64,000 nt of DNA from Macrostomum lignano (lineage: Eukaryota). The position numbers and the translations under genes were made by a program. This document shows, in pieces, positions 1 through 14,460 of this stretch. The notes under the pieces were generated by a model. The model did no database searches, was not told the origin of the DNA, and worked only from the letters and a program-made list of their open reading frames with translations. Position 1 is the first letter of the stretch; each line of letters starts with the position of its first letter. Where the stretch lies: NCBI GenBank assembly GCA_002269645.1, contig NIVC01000897.1, positions 186,001 to 250,000 on the forward strand. Reading direction: 5' to 3'.

Positions 1-3000
1 TGTTTGACATGGTGGCTCTTTTATGTTTGGCATGGTGGCTCTTTTATGTTTGACATGGTGGCTCTTGAATGTTTGACATGGTAGGTCTTTTATGTTTGAC
101 TTGGTGGCTCTTTAATTTTTGACATGATGCCTCTTTTATGTTTGACATGGTGGCTCTTGAATGTTTGACATGGTAGCTCTTTTATGTTTGACTTGGTGGC
201 TCTTTTATGTTTGGCATGGTGGCTCTTTTATGTTCGACATGGTGGCTCTTTTATGTTTGGCATGGTGGCTCTTTTATGTTCGACATGGTGGCTCTTTTAT
301 GTTTGGCATGGTGGCTCTTTAATTTTCGACATGGTGGCTCTTTAACGCTTGACATGGTGGCTCTTGAATGTTTGACATGGTAGCTCTTTTATGTTTGACT
401 TGGTGGCTCTTTTATGTTTGGCATAGTGGCTCTTTTATGTTCGACATGGTGGCTCTTTTATGTTTGGCATGGTGGCTCTTTAATTTTCGACATGGTGGCT
501 CTTTAACGTTTGACATGGTGGCTCTTGAATGTTTGACATGGTGGCCCTTTAATGTTTGACATGGAGTCACCTATATGTTTTACATGGTGGCTCCTTTATG
601 TTTGACGAGGTGGCTCTTTAACATTTGACATGGTGACTCTTGAATGTTTGACATGGTATAGCTCTTTTATGTTAGACATAGTGGCTCTTTATGTTTGACA
701 TGGTGGCTCTTTAATGTACGACATAATGGCTCTTTAATGTTTGACAATGTGGCTCCTTAATGTTTTAAATGGTGGCTGTTGTATGTTCGACATGGTGGCT
801 ATTTTTTGTTTAACATGGTGGCTCTTTAATATTCTACATGGTGGCTTTTTAATGTTCTACATGGTGGCTCTTTAATGTTCTACATGGTGGCTCTTTAATA
901 TTCTACATGGTGGCTCTTTAATGTTCTACATGGTGGCTCTTTAATGTTCTACATGGTGGCTCTTTAATGTTCTACATGGTGGCTCTTTAATGTTCTACAT
1001 GGTGGCTCTTTAATATTCTACATGGTGGCTCTTTAATGTTCTACATGGTGGCTCTTTAATGTTCTACATGGTGGCTCTTTTATGTTCGACATAGTGGCTC
1101 TTTTTTGTTCTACATGGTAACTCTTTTATGTTTGATACAGTGGCTTTTTAATATCTGACATGGTGGCTCTTCTATGTTTGACATTGTGGCTCTTCTATGT
1201 TTGACATAGTGGCTCTTTAATGTTTGACATGGTGGCTCTTTAATGTACGACATAATGGCTCTTTAATGTTTGACATTGTGGCTCTTTAATGTTTTACATG
1301 GTGGCTCATTTATGTTCGACATGGTGGCTCTTTAATGTTTGACATGGTAGCTCTGTTATGTTCGACATGGTGGCTCTTTTAGGTTTGACATGGTGGCTCT
1401 TAAATGTTTCACATGGTGGCTCTTAAATTTCTTACATGGTGGCTCTTTTATGTTTGACAATGTGGCTCTTTAATGTTTTACATGGCGGCTCTTTTATGTT
1501 CAAATGGTGGCTCTTTAATGTTTGACATAAAGTCACATATACGTTTCACATGGTGGCTCTTAAATGTTTGACATGGTGGCTTTTTATGTTTGACATGTTG
1601 GCTTTTTTATGTTTGACATGTTGGCTTTTTTATGTTTGACATGGTGGCTCTTTAATGTTCGAAATGGTGGCTCTTTTTTGTTCTACATGGTAACTCTTTT
1701 ATATTTGATACGGTGGCTTTTTTAATGTCTGACATGTTGGCTCTTTTATGTTTGACATGGTGGCTCTTTAATGTTCGACAAAGTGGCTCCTAAATGTTTG
1801 ACAAGTGACTCTTTAATGTTCAAAATGGTGGCTCTTTTATGTTTGACATGGTGGCTCTTTTATGTTTGACATGGTGGCTCTTTAATGTTTGACATGGTGG
1901 CTCCTAAATGTTTGACATGGTGGTTCTTTAATGTTCGAAATAGTGGCTCTTTTATGTTCGACATGGTGGCTCTTTAATGTTTGAAATGGTGGCTTTTTAA
2001 TGTTCGAAATAGTGGCTCTTTTATGTTTGACATGATGGCTCTTTAATGTTTGACATGGTAGGTCTTTTATGTTTGACTTGGTGGCTCTTTAATTTTTGAC
2101 ATGATGCCTCTTTTATGTTTGACATGGTGGCTCTTGAATGTTTGACATGGTAGCTCTTTTATGTTTGACTTGGTGGCTCTTTTATGTTTGGCATGGTGGC
2201 TCTTTTATGTTCGACATGGTGGCTCTTTTATGTTTGGCATGGTGGCTCTTTAATTTTCGACATGGTGGCTCTTTAACGTTTGACATGGTGGCTCTTGAAT
2301 GTTTGACATGGTGGCTCTTTAATGTTTGACATGGAGTCACCTATATGTTTTACATGGTGGCTCCTTTATGTTTGACGAGGTGGCTCTTTAACGTTTGACA
2401 TGGTGACTCTTGAATGTTTGACATGGTATAGCTCTTTTATGTTAGACATAGTGGCTCTTTATGTTTGACATGGTGGCTCTTTAATGTACGACATAATGGC
2501 TCTTTAATGTTTGACAATGTGGCTCCTTAATGTTTTAAATGGTGGCTGTTGTATGTTCGACATGGTGGCTATTTTTTGTTTAACATGGTGGCTCTTTAAT
2601 ATTCTACATGGTGGCTTTTTAATGTTCTACATGGTGGCTCTTTAATGTTCGACAAAGTGGCTCCTAAATGTTTGACATAGTGACTCTTTAATGTTCAAAA
2701 TGGTGGCTCTTTTATGTTTGACATGGTGGCTCTTTTATGTTTGACATGGTGGCTCTTTAATGTTTGACATGGTGGCTCCTAAATGTTTGACATGGTGGTT
2801 CTTTAATGTTTGAAATAGTGGCTCTTTTATGTTCGACATGGTGGCTCTTTAATGTTCGAAATGGTGGCTTTTTAATGTTCGAAATAGTGGCTCTTTTATG
2901 TTCGACATGATGGCTCTTTAATGTTCGAAATGGTGGCTCTTTAATGTATGACATAATGGCTCTTTAATGTTTGACAATGTGGCTTTTTAATGTTTGACAT

Positions 3001-3640
3001 TGTGGCTCTTTAATGTTCAACATGGTGGCTCTTTAATGTTTGACATGGTAGCTCTTTAATATTTTTCATGTTATAGCTCTTTTATGTTTGACATGGTGGC
3101 TCTTTAATGTTCTACATGGTGGCTCTTTAATGTTCTACATGGTGGCTCTTTAATGTTCTACATGGTGGCTCTTTAATGTTCGAAATGGTGGGTCTTTAAT
3201 GTTTGACATAAAGTCATATATATGTTTGACATGGTGGCTCTTAAATGTTCGACATGGTGGCTCTTTATGTTTGACATGTTGGCTCTTTTATGTTTGACAT
3301 GTTGGCTCTTTTATGTTTGACATGGTGGCTCTTTAATTTTCGACAAAGTGGCTCCTAAATGTTTGACATAGTGGCTCTTCAATGTTCGAAATGGTGGCTC
3401 TTTTTTGTTCTACATGGTAACTCTTTTATATTTGATACGGTGGCTTTTTTAATGTCTGACATGTTGGCTCTTTTATGTTTGACATGGTGGCTCTTTAATG
3501 TTCGACAAAGTGGCTCCTAAATGTTTGACATAGTGACTCTTTAATGTTCAAAATGGTGGCTCGTTTAGGTTTGACATGGTGGCTCTTTTATGTTTGACAT
3601 GGTGGCTCTTCTATGTTTGACATTGCGCTTCTTTTATGTT
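1..3640. repeat. Minisatellite, ~22-23-bp unit (TGTTTGACATGGTGGCTCTTTTA), with an internal higher-order duplication; runs off the left edge
   Basis: Unit visible throughout. Block ~360-870 recurs at ~2130-2640 (offset 1770, e.g. ATGGAGTCACCTATATG at ~561 and ~2331). Confidence 0.97.
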
Positions 3641-3687
3641 TAGCAGTTTTGTGTTTTTAAGGTGTTTTAATAAAAAAAATCTTTTTG

Positions 3688-3750
3688 CACTACTAAGATT
3701 CGAACCCAGGTCGCTACATTAGCATTCCAGTCTGTTCGCATCAGGGCTAT
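3688..3750 (-). mobile_element. Degenerate tRNA-derived (SINE-like) head
   Basis: GATTCGAACCC on + is a B-box (GGGTTCGAATC) on -; no intact cloverleaf could be folded. Confidence 0.35.
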
Positions 3751-4338
3751 CTTTTTTTCAATTGGAGAACATCAATTGTGGCCCTTATAATTCAATTCTT
3801 ACAGCAAGTCAATTGGAGTAAAAAGTTATGACATAATCAATTTCTCAGTCAGCCAGAATCAGTCTCAATTTAAGTTGGCAATATGGTTACGCAATTTCAT
3901 TTAAGTTGTGTGTGCATTTCTTTGACACTGTTTTCAACTTGTTGTGATGCAATCTTTATCACAATCGGAATTCAGCCAGTCAGTTTTTTCTCTAGCATTC
4001 TTACAATGCATTTCAAGTCGAAAATTTTGCTTGACTTTTGCAAAAAAGCATGTTTTTCGAATATTTAATCCCTTTAACATTGAGCAATTTCTTAGCCAAG
4101 ATGCATGTACCGTCCCAGGAAAATTTCTGATTGAATGGTGCAAGTTTGAAGAAAATCGGTCCAGCCATTTTTTCTGAAATCTATCGCATACCTACCTACC
4201 TACCCACAGACAACTCATTTTTAGTATATAGGAAGGCCTTCCACCTCATTGGTAAGCCCAATGCCTAATGTGGAATGCTGGGCCTACCTAGTTGGCCCTG
4301 TGCAGTCCTGGCAGCCAATTGCTTGGCCGACTACAATA

Positions 4339-5068
4339 GCAGCAATAGCAACCTAGCAGCACTACAGCCCAGCAGCACCACAGCCTAGCAACATTGCAAC
4401 CTAGCAGCACCACAGCCTAGCAACATTGCAACCTAGCAGCACCATAGCCTAGCAACATTGCAACCTAGCAGCACCATAGCCTAGCAACATTGCAACCTAG
4501 CAGCACTGCAACCTAGCAGCACTGTAGCCCAGCAGCACTATAGCCTAGTAGCACTGCAGCCCCATAGCCTAGCAGCACCATAGACTAGTAGCATCACAGA
4601 CTAGTAGCACTGCAGCCTAGCAGCACTATAGTCTAGTAGCATCGCAGCCCAATAGCATTGCAGCCCAGTAGCATTGCAGCCCTATAGCACCATAGCCTAG
4701 TAGCATTGCAGCCCTGCAGTACCATAGTCCAGTAGCACTGCAGCCTAACAGTACCATAGCCCAGTAGCACTGGATACCAACTCCTGACACCAACTCCAGA
4801 CACCAACTCCAGACACCAACTCCAGACATCAACCCCAGACCAGCCTAGCAGCACCATAGCCCAATAGTACTGCAGCCCAGTAGCACCATAGCCCAGTAGC
4901 ACCATAGCCCAGTAGCACCATAGCCCAGTAGCACTGCAGCCCAGTAGCACTGCAGCCCCATAGCCCAGCAGCACCATAGTCTAATAGTATCGCAGCCTAG
5001 TAGCACTGTAGCCCAGCAACATCATAGCCTAGCAACACTGTAGCCCAGCAACACCATAGCCTAGCAGC
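4339..5068. repeat. Minisatellite, 16-17-bp unit (TAGCAGCACCATAGCC-like), with a nested 14-bp CCAACTCCAGACAC run at ~4777-4840
   Basis: Direct inspection. Confidence 0.93.
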
Positions 5069-6087
5069 TACAATAGTTTTGTATAGCTGGCTTGCTAAGC
5101 TAGGAGAGTTGGCATAGCCTATCACACCATGCCATCTTTTTGCACTTCCCTAGGCCTTTTAATATCATACTGTTTGTGTAAATAAATGTATGCGCAAAGT
5201 AGCACAAAATCTTTGCTGCCATTATATCTATTGAACTAAAAGGCCTTCTGCCTCAATAGTCAAATTGGCTAAGATATGAATTTTTATATAAAATCATTAA
5301 GAAATTTTTTATAAATATAAAATATATGTATTTTTTATAAACTTAAATATAATTTAGTCTTAAAAAATATATGTTTGATATGCAATTACTAAAAAAATAT
5401 TTTAATTAAGTTAAGAAAATCTCTTTTTTAAAACTTATTAAGCATTGGGGAGGTAATGCAAACAAAATCCACCATATTGAGCTAATGCACTAATGCACTG
5501 CAGGAAAAAACATTGCAGGCAAACCTTGGCAGAAAAAAACTTGGCAGGCAATTCCAGCCTAGGTAGACAAATCACCACAGACAATTTACTTATGGGCAAA
5601 ATGCACTATAGGCAAATCTTGGCAAGAAAAGCTTGGCAGGCAATTTGTCTATGGGCAATTCTCATAGAACCAGTATAGCTACTAGGCACTAGCAATATAT
5701 GCCCAACAATAGTTTAGAAAAAACAACTAGGGGGCCTAGAACTCTATGCTTATTTATTTTCTTATAAGTTATACTTCAACAATATTCATTTTAAAAAAAC
5801 TTAAATATATATAGGCTAGATGACTAGATCATTTCATTGGATTGAATACAATAATCAATATTAATATTATGATTATAAACATATTATATGTTTGAAATAA
5901 TTTAAATACATTTCCAAATATAAAATTAAAATGGTATATTTTACTCTACACTCTTTTCTAGACTGTGTAGGCCTATTAGGGATGGGGGTCTTAGATCAAA
6001 ATTGAAATACATATTAATTAAAATTATCTAAATGATATAAAAATTTTATAAAAAGGCCTAGCTTTATATTAATTAGGCCTAGTTTAA

Positions 6088-7251
6088 TAGAGGTCGGACG
6101 GGATCCTAATCCCGATCCCAAAATCTCAGGATCCCGAGGAAAATTAAATTCCTGCGGGACCAGACTCCCGACCCTAAAAAACTCGAGATTTGGGAACAGG
6201 TCTTTTGGCTCATTCCATATAAGATGGACATTTTTGGAAAATAGAAAAAAGTCAATATTTTTGCTTGCCATTGCCTTATCAGCCAATTTTTTTACCAAAT
6301 GTTTTTTATGTGTAATATCTACAATCTAAGAATAAATGAATGATAAAATGTTAGATTAGTATGCTATCAAGTGGCAAAAAGTCATTTTTGTAAAAAATTT
6401 AGACATTTTTCTAAGCAAAAGACATCATTAAGTTTGTGTACCTTTTAAAAACAAATAGAAAGCTTTGGAAGGTTGAAACAAACTATAGATAGAAGTATAG
6501 TACTTGCATCATCAGATAAAAGTATTGGTGACCAAATAATCTATTATATTTTTAATATATTGGTACCTCAAAGTTACTGAATTGACAGAAAAAAATATGT
6601 TACGACCATAATGTTACGACCATAAGGCTGCCTTTTCTTTTGTATCTTTGTTGCCTCTTTGAGTTTATATATTCTACAAAAAGAGTATGATTTCTAAAGA
6701 TGTTCTTAGTCAAATTTTAAAAAATGTATTGCAAAATATCAAAAATAAAAATGTTATAAGACTTTTACCTTTTAGTTTCTTTGTCAAAAATCCTGTTGTT
6801 ACGACCATAAGTGCCATTCAAGGTTTAATAGCATCTATACTAATGATGATATCTACATGAAACTCTATAAAAATATTTTTGACAAAATTATCTTTCATTT
6901 AAAATATTGGTTTAGTATATTCTATTATTATATTTCATTTTATAAGTAAAAATAGCCTGTCATGTTACGACCATGCTTATATGGAATGAGCCTTTTGATT
7001 AAAAATTTATAGAATTAGTGATTACTTGAAGGTATTTTGCTTTAACTTGTACTTGTTACATTATTTACTTTGTTGGTTATAAAACTTCATATCAATTTCG
7101 TTGTGTTTTACTTCTTAATCTTTACAATCTTTTCTCAATTTTGTTTAACTTTACATGGACAATACACTAAAAGACCTGATCCCGATTCCCGATCCCGAGA
7201 AAAAAATTATTCCCGATCCCGCCCAAAGATTTCAATCCCGTCCGACCTCTA
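6088..7251. mobile_element. Non-autonomous TIR element (MITE-like), outer element
   Basis: TAGAGGTCGGACGGGAT at 6088-6104 and its exact reverse complement at 7235-7251. The imperfect inversion extends inward to GGGAACAGGTCTTTT / AAAAGACCTGATCCC. A 12-bp direct repeat TAGGCCTAGTTT lies at 6074-6085 and 7252-7263. Confidence 0.8.
6207..6992. mobile_element. Non-autonomous TIR element nested inside the 6088-7251 element
   Basis: Perfect 17-bp TIR GGCTCATTCCATATAAG (6207-6223) / CTTATATGGAATGAGCC (6976-6992), TTTT on both flanks, internal GTTACGACCAT repeats. Confidence 0.8.
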
Positions 7252-10200
7252 TAGGCCTAGTTTTAGTTTAATTGCAATTTGAAAATCTGTTTTTTAAGTA
7301 AATGACCTATTGAATACTTTTTGATAATATTTAACCAATTATGCCATAGTAAGTAGAAATTTTGGCTTGAAATTGGATTATTGAATTGATTTCCTAAATT
7401 AATAATTTTTGTTTTAAGACAATACAATAATAATTGAGACCAAAGGCAAGGCTTCTATCAGTCTCAGTACAGTAGTCCAATTTTATAAGCTTGCTTTAGT
7501 CATTTAGCTAATGCAAATAAACTTAACTAGTGTCATTACTGTGCTCTTATTTTTATGTAGTGTAAGGACAGTAGGCCCTATAGGCCGAAGGACTATGCTT
7601 ATGCGGCAATGGGTTCTTTTTATTGAAGCATGTCGATTCTATTAATCTACGACTACGTTTTGCAAGATCTAAAAGGCTTGTTCACACCGCAATCAAAAAT
7701 AACCAAATTCAATGTCACGGTCACACCGTTTGTATACAAAATTTGATTTCTTTTTTACATTGATCGTGTAAATGGTCATTGGTTTGCTTATTCGAGACTT
7801 TTCGCATAATTAGCTCGAATTTCGTAGAAAGTTGTATTGAACGAAATTACCGGAAAATAAAAAATAGTTTTAATTTTTTGTAGCTTTTATCACCTTGCGT
7901 AAAAACTGTTTCATCCAATTTTTTTCGTTGAGTTTTACGTTTAAAAGATGACCATTGTTAGAATATCCTGATGCCTAATTCTCACTGGTAGACTCGGTAA
8001 AGCAAACAACATTATTATTTTATTTAGATAGCTAGCCTGCTTTCATCACAAGTGGTTAAAAACCTGTGCTCTTTTTTTCAATCTTGCTCTGAGGCTCGCA
8101 GTAGAGGTCTGTAGATGCAGTGAGAGGTATTTAAGGCAAAAAACTAGGTTTCGTGATTCATACTTTGTTATGCTGAGACAAAAAATGGTAAAAAGCAAAA
8201 GAAGGCCTATACACTCATAGATGGCACTCTTGATTCCTATAGAGAATGTGAAAAAATTCCATAATATTGTGACAGTGTAATTCATAGAATCATCTGATCT
8301 CGTATTTCCTTATCTCGCATTGCATGCATACCGTAGTACTTGTATTTTTTAATTTATTTTAACAATATTCTATACGCATTATTATTGCGCTAATGTTACA
8401 GTTAAATGCTTTGTTTTTGTAGCCTCGTATGTATTTACTCTATTATTTGTATTTCATTCATATCGTTATTATTTCTCGTAATTATGTAGATCTACCTATG
8501 TACATGTACTGGCGTATGTTATTCTTACCCGATATAATTTATCGATTAATTTGTACATGTACATTTCTCGCTGCGTGGGGGGTTTGTCTGGATTTTGGAT
8601 TAGGGATGTTGTTGTTTGTTATCTGTTTACCTTACCCCGGCCAATTAAATATACGCGCTTGCAGTCAGCCATGCACCGCTCTCTCCCTTCTCTCCTGGGT
8701 TTTCGCTCCGCTTCTCGCGGGCCCCTTAGCCGTCGCATTCAATTGCTTTAGTCGCACTAAAATTAAGCCGCTATTAATCCAAACCTAACCTTTAATTAAA
8801 CATACCAAATTTGATATCTGCAATTTACGCTAAGGGAAGTGGGCTGCTGGCTCTAGATTATTAAATTTAACCGCTACACAAGTCGTACGTCTTCCCTCCT
8901 TTATTCGTCACAATATATTATATTTTCATTAGCATATCCACATCGTTTATCACCTTTAATCATTAGATTTAGAAGGTTTAAGTATATCAAGCTTCACAGC
9001 TAGATATTGCTCACAAGACGAATTCAAAAAGCGAAAATAACTTCATGGACGTTTTCATCTTAATAAAACTGTGATAGCAGGCATTTAACGCGCTGCAATT
9101 TATTCATTGAAAGCTTACTAAACAACGTTTTTTGATTTGTTTTATTTAATGCTTTTTAAATTAAAATCTACGACAATTTGGCTTATTCAACAAAACGAGT
9201 ATGCAAAATAAGACAAAGTTCAGTGGTACAATACTCAGCATGTAATGTATATAAGTTTTGTTTCTATATCCAATTAGAACGAGTATAGACTCTTCTTTAA
9301 CGTGTATATTTTGTTTTTACTAAACACGTTTTCTTTGCTTAGCAATTTCTTTTTAAAAAACACTTTTACAATTTTTTGTGCAATTATCAGCTTACAGTAA
9401 CCTCACTGAAGTCCCTACAAATGGCTACAATAAGCTTCGGACCCATGAACCTTTTTAAGTTGTGCAAGTTTGTCAAAAATGTGCGTGCAAGTGTGCAATT
9501 TTTTTCAGCATGCACAGAATGTGCCCAAGATTTTATCTCGTATAAAAATTCCATCCTGGTAGGTTAATAATGATTGTAGTTAAGTGGTCTTTAACAGGCA
9601 CACATATGCTCACCCCCTGATTTACACTGGCCATTTGATTTACTTTTTGACCAAAAATGCAACCTAACTATAAAAGAAACCATTGACCATGCATCAATTT
9701 TTTTTAAATAGGCTAATATGAATAACTATGACTATCTTATTAAGGCTAAATGAATTGTTATCTAATTAGTATTCTGTCTATTCTCTTGGCCCTTTTTGGC
9801 AACTTAACCCTGGTCTACCACAATTTTGGCTAGTAGTTATATATGTATTAAGCATAAGTTGTTCAATTTGGGATCCTTAGATACCATTAACTTAGGCCTA
9901 ATATACATTGAAATTTGTTAATGCTTTCTTAGAGTAGCATAGTGTTGCTACCATTGTAATTTATGTTATGAAATATTAGATTCTTTGAGCTTGTTCAAAA
10001 TAGAGATTAATTGGTTATTTTATAGGCCTACCTAACAGGCAAATTACTTAAGATTGAGTAACTAGATTATTATTGATCCAATTATTATTAGCTTAAGACT
10101 CCTAATAAGAGTCTTATATAAAATTCAGTCAAGTGGCCATGTACAAGACTCCTACTCCTAGCAAAGCTTTAGTTAGGGCTAAAGTAATTTGAAAGTTGGT

Positions 10201-13200
10201 ATAGACGATAGTCTAAGTTGAATAAAAGGTTACTTGAATACTACTAAGCAGCCATAGTCTAGAAAATGGCCTTTATGACAAAAAATTCTAGCATATTTTT
10301 GCTTTTGCTAACAATTTTGGCATACACTTGGTATATAGAATATTCAGGCCATATTGTAGAAGCAGAGATATACGCTAGAATTTTCCGGCATATACTTGAG
10401 TTCTGTGAGGTACACCGGTATACATTTCTTAGCTATATACAGTGTGGCATAAAAGACTAGTGTACAAATTAATATAAATATTTTTTGTGCATTTTTCTGT
10501 GTTAAATTATTTCAAAAACTGTTCTTTCTGCTACTATTTTCTCATTTACTAATCATTTTAATTACTGGAATTGTCACGACAATTGTCATGTCATTATCAT
10601 TTTTTGTAATTCAATTTTTAATTTAAATATTCTTCAATTTTTTACTGTTTTTTAAGTTGGCGTACATTTAAAATTTGTTGGTGTACAATTGAAAATTTAA
10701 TGAAAATGTGTCTAGTGTACATAGAAAACCTTTGCAATATCAGTTTTTAGCAAATAAACAGTAGTTTGAAAGTTTAGAACTCCTTTATTTCTAATAATAC
10801 ATATTCTTTTAAAAAATGGTGTACAAACAACTCAGGACTCAATATAATTTTTTTAATTTTATGTTTGTAAAATAACCAAAACAAGAATTTTTTCTTCTGA
10901 CATATGCTTGCCATGATCTGGACTATGGTTAAATAGTCTAAACAAAAATAGGAAAACTAGAAAAAGTTTTAAAAGTAAAGAGAAAGTTAAAAGTTACAAC
11001 CAATACACAATTTTAAATAGGACACACATAAGCAGTTATCATTGCATGGGGCATGCCATGAGGCCATAGGTGGTTCAGCAAACAAAAATAATAATTGCAA
11101 AAAGCATGCAAAACTAAAGAAAACAAAAACCCAAGAGAAGTCTAGAAAAAGGCATGTATACCAGAAATTTCTAGGGTACATTTAAGAAATTTAGTGTACA
11201 TCTTATTATTCAAAAAGTGATTTTGGGTTTTGGTGAATATGTTTAATATTTTGGTATGTGACATGCACCAAAAAATACATTATCAATATAGATAATTGTG
11301 GTTTACAGTTTATGCTACTGGTTTATTATTCTAGTGGATTTCCTTGGATGTCCTTGATAGTCCCTAACCTTAGTATTGTTAATGTTAAAGGATTAAGTCA
11401 AGACACCAATGTAATATTAAGTTGTAATACAAGTTTAACAACTAAAAAAAAAATGTTTAATATACAAGTGGTTTGTTTTATATTTAATATTATGTTTCCC
11501 TTAAGTGCTTAGGCAAGACTCCCAGTTTTAGAGGCAAGACTCTTCTGTGCAAAACTATTTCCTATTTTTAGTTCCCTATCTTCCCCTTTTATCTTGAGTT
11601 CTTTGATAGAAATTTAGAAATTAAAAAACCACACATGGAAGACAATGCAATGCTTTTCTCTGAGATCTCAACTGCTTTATAATTATAAAGAAGCCCAAAA
11701 TTTGCAATCCACCCCACTATAATTACTTTCATTGGCCAAAACTATTGATAGTAATAAAAAAGCAAATATATCTTGTCTAAATTCTGCCTCTAAATTATGC
11801 CCTACTACAAATAATAGTCATAATATTTGTCTCTGCATTATCATTTATAATCATAAAATTTGATAACTATTTAATAACCCAAAACTGATTTCCATGTTTT
11901 TAACAAATTTAAATTTTAACAAAATGCACAAATTTTGTTTTTTCTTTTTATACTTGTGTATAAAATGTTATACAAGTATAATTATTTGCTATGCCAAAAC
12001 ATTTGCTGTACAATGTCATGTCCTTTGGCTGATCCACCACTTTGCTTATTATATAGTACATGGTATAGCCTGATAAAGTATAGTATATGGTACTTATAGA
12101 TGCTACGCTTCATATCATATTACCCTTAAAATATAGCATATTATCTTGTCCAAGAATGGCTTAATATAGGCATTTTTACCCAACAGAGGCAGTATGCACT
12201 TCAGCTTAGTATAGTGCTATAGGACCTTGTTGCTTTGCCCACCATACTTTTGCCAAGAGTGCATTGTTCCATAAAACAATTTGGCAATAGTCTCTATTAA
12301 AAGAAGTTTTCATATACACCCATTTGTAGTATAATTGGTTTATTAAAAATGTAACTATCATGAATAAATTAATAGCCAAATGACCTAATTAGATAGAAAC
12401 ATTTATTGTACCCTTTATATAATATAAACTATCTATTTGTATATATCTAGCCATCTAGGACTTTAGATTATAAAGAAAATAGGCACTTAAACCTACAGCC
12501 CTAAAAGTAGGGATCTCTGTTGTGCTATAACTATAGTCAGCTTGATTGTTATTAGACTCATTCCTGCTACATAGATAGGCAAGACATCTTTATGGTAATC
12601 TGGAAAAAACTTAGCCAACAACTTAATCCTTTTGATACCCTATTGAATGAAGTTAGGCATTAGGAAACATTAAGTTTACTATAAAAATAAGTATAAGCAT
12701 AGTGTAGATTTTGTACTTTGGTAGTCATTTGTATCAGCATAGTTGCTACATGCACAAGTTATTATATATTCTAAGTAGTTAAAAATTATTAAAATCAGAA
12801 TTGGTAAAATTAGTAAACCTAGGGAGCTCAATGTCTAAATATGCCATATTTTTCATACATAAGCACTATTGGGTTCAGTTAACCTTACCTGGAAGTGTGC
12901 CTGGTCTATGAAGCAGCCAAGGCAGAAATGATGATGTGGTATTATTGTCCTACTTGGGCCAGTAGGGGGTACTGATGGCTTGAAAAACTGGGTAGGAGGT
13001 TGGCCAACAGCAGGTCACTTTGTTGCCATTTGTGCTGTGATGTAAGTCTATGTAGCCACCTTGCCTTTAGGTAGTTCAAAAGAACCTGTTGCAGTAATGT
13101 TTACAATGTTAAGGGTACATGCAAAATATGAGGGGCATACAATGTATACTGCACAAATGCTAGCAAAATTTAATGATAAATATATAAATTGGACTCTGCT

Positions 13201-13647
13201 GGTAGCACTCACAAAGACTCATAGGTATCATTTTTTGCCGCATCTTATCATCAATTTGCACAAACTCTTGCTTGCCAGGAGTCTAGCAAACCTTGGATAT
13301 CTCCTCACATAAAAAAGCAATAATGGCAATTTGGAGGCCCTTTGACAAATGATCCAAATACGTTTTTGTTTGTGAATTTTCAGAATTTTGTGCTTGTAGG
13401 GCTACATTTCTAGGCCAAATTGCCTTGCCAGGACCAAACTACATTTATCTGACACATTGGGATTTCATGAAGTGCAGCCTTAGCCCTGAAATTTAGATGT
13501 AGGAGAAAACTATTTAGACTGGGATTCAGGATTGTTGCTATATATGCAACAACTTTTTATTTATAAAGTTGTTATGAAAAAAAGATCAAAAGTGCGTGGC
13601 TAAGGCTCATGCACCTTTTTATGTAGTTTTCATGCCTACAGGTATAA

Positions 13648-14193
<546 letters not shown>

Positions 14194-14460
14194 ATCCCGG
14201 GACGATTTTCAACCAAGTAACTGGAGAGTGATTGATGGCAGTGTCGAGTTTTTCGCGCATAAATAAAAGCTGTTCTTTTAAACTGAAAAAGCCTATGCAC
14301 TATGCACAGTTGGCTTGAAGTGTTTGGATAAAAATTTTTCGTTATGAGTGTTTATATTTTAACTGGCTTTACTCGTAGATTGTTTCCGATTAGTTCTCAA
14401 TCTAGATCCTCTCGCTGCATGCTTTAGCTTATCAGAATTTGTGTTGGATCCTTCTTTTCC

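Noticed and set aside
4100-4232. Helitron-like 3' fragment (AAGTTTGAAGAAAATCGGTCCAGCC...(CTAC)n...TAGTATATAG)
   Set aside because: Resemblance from memory only; no 5' end or terminal hairpin could be confirmed.
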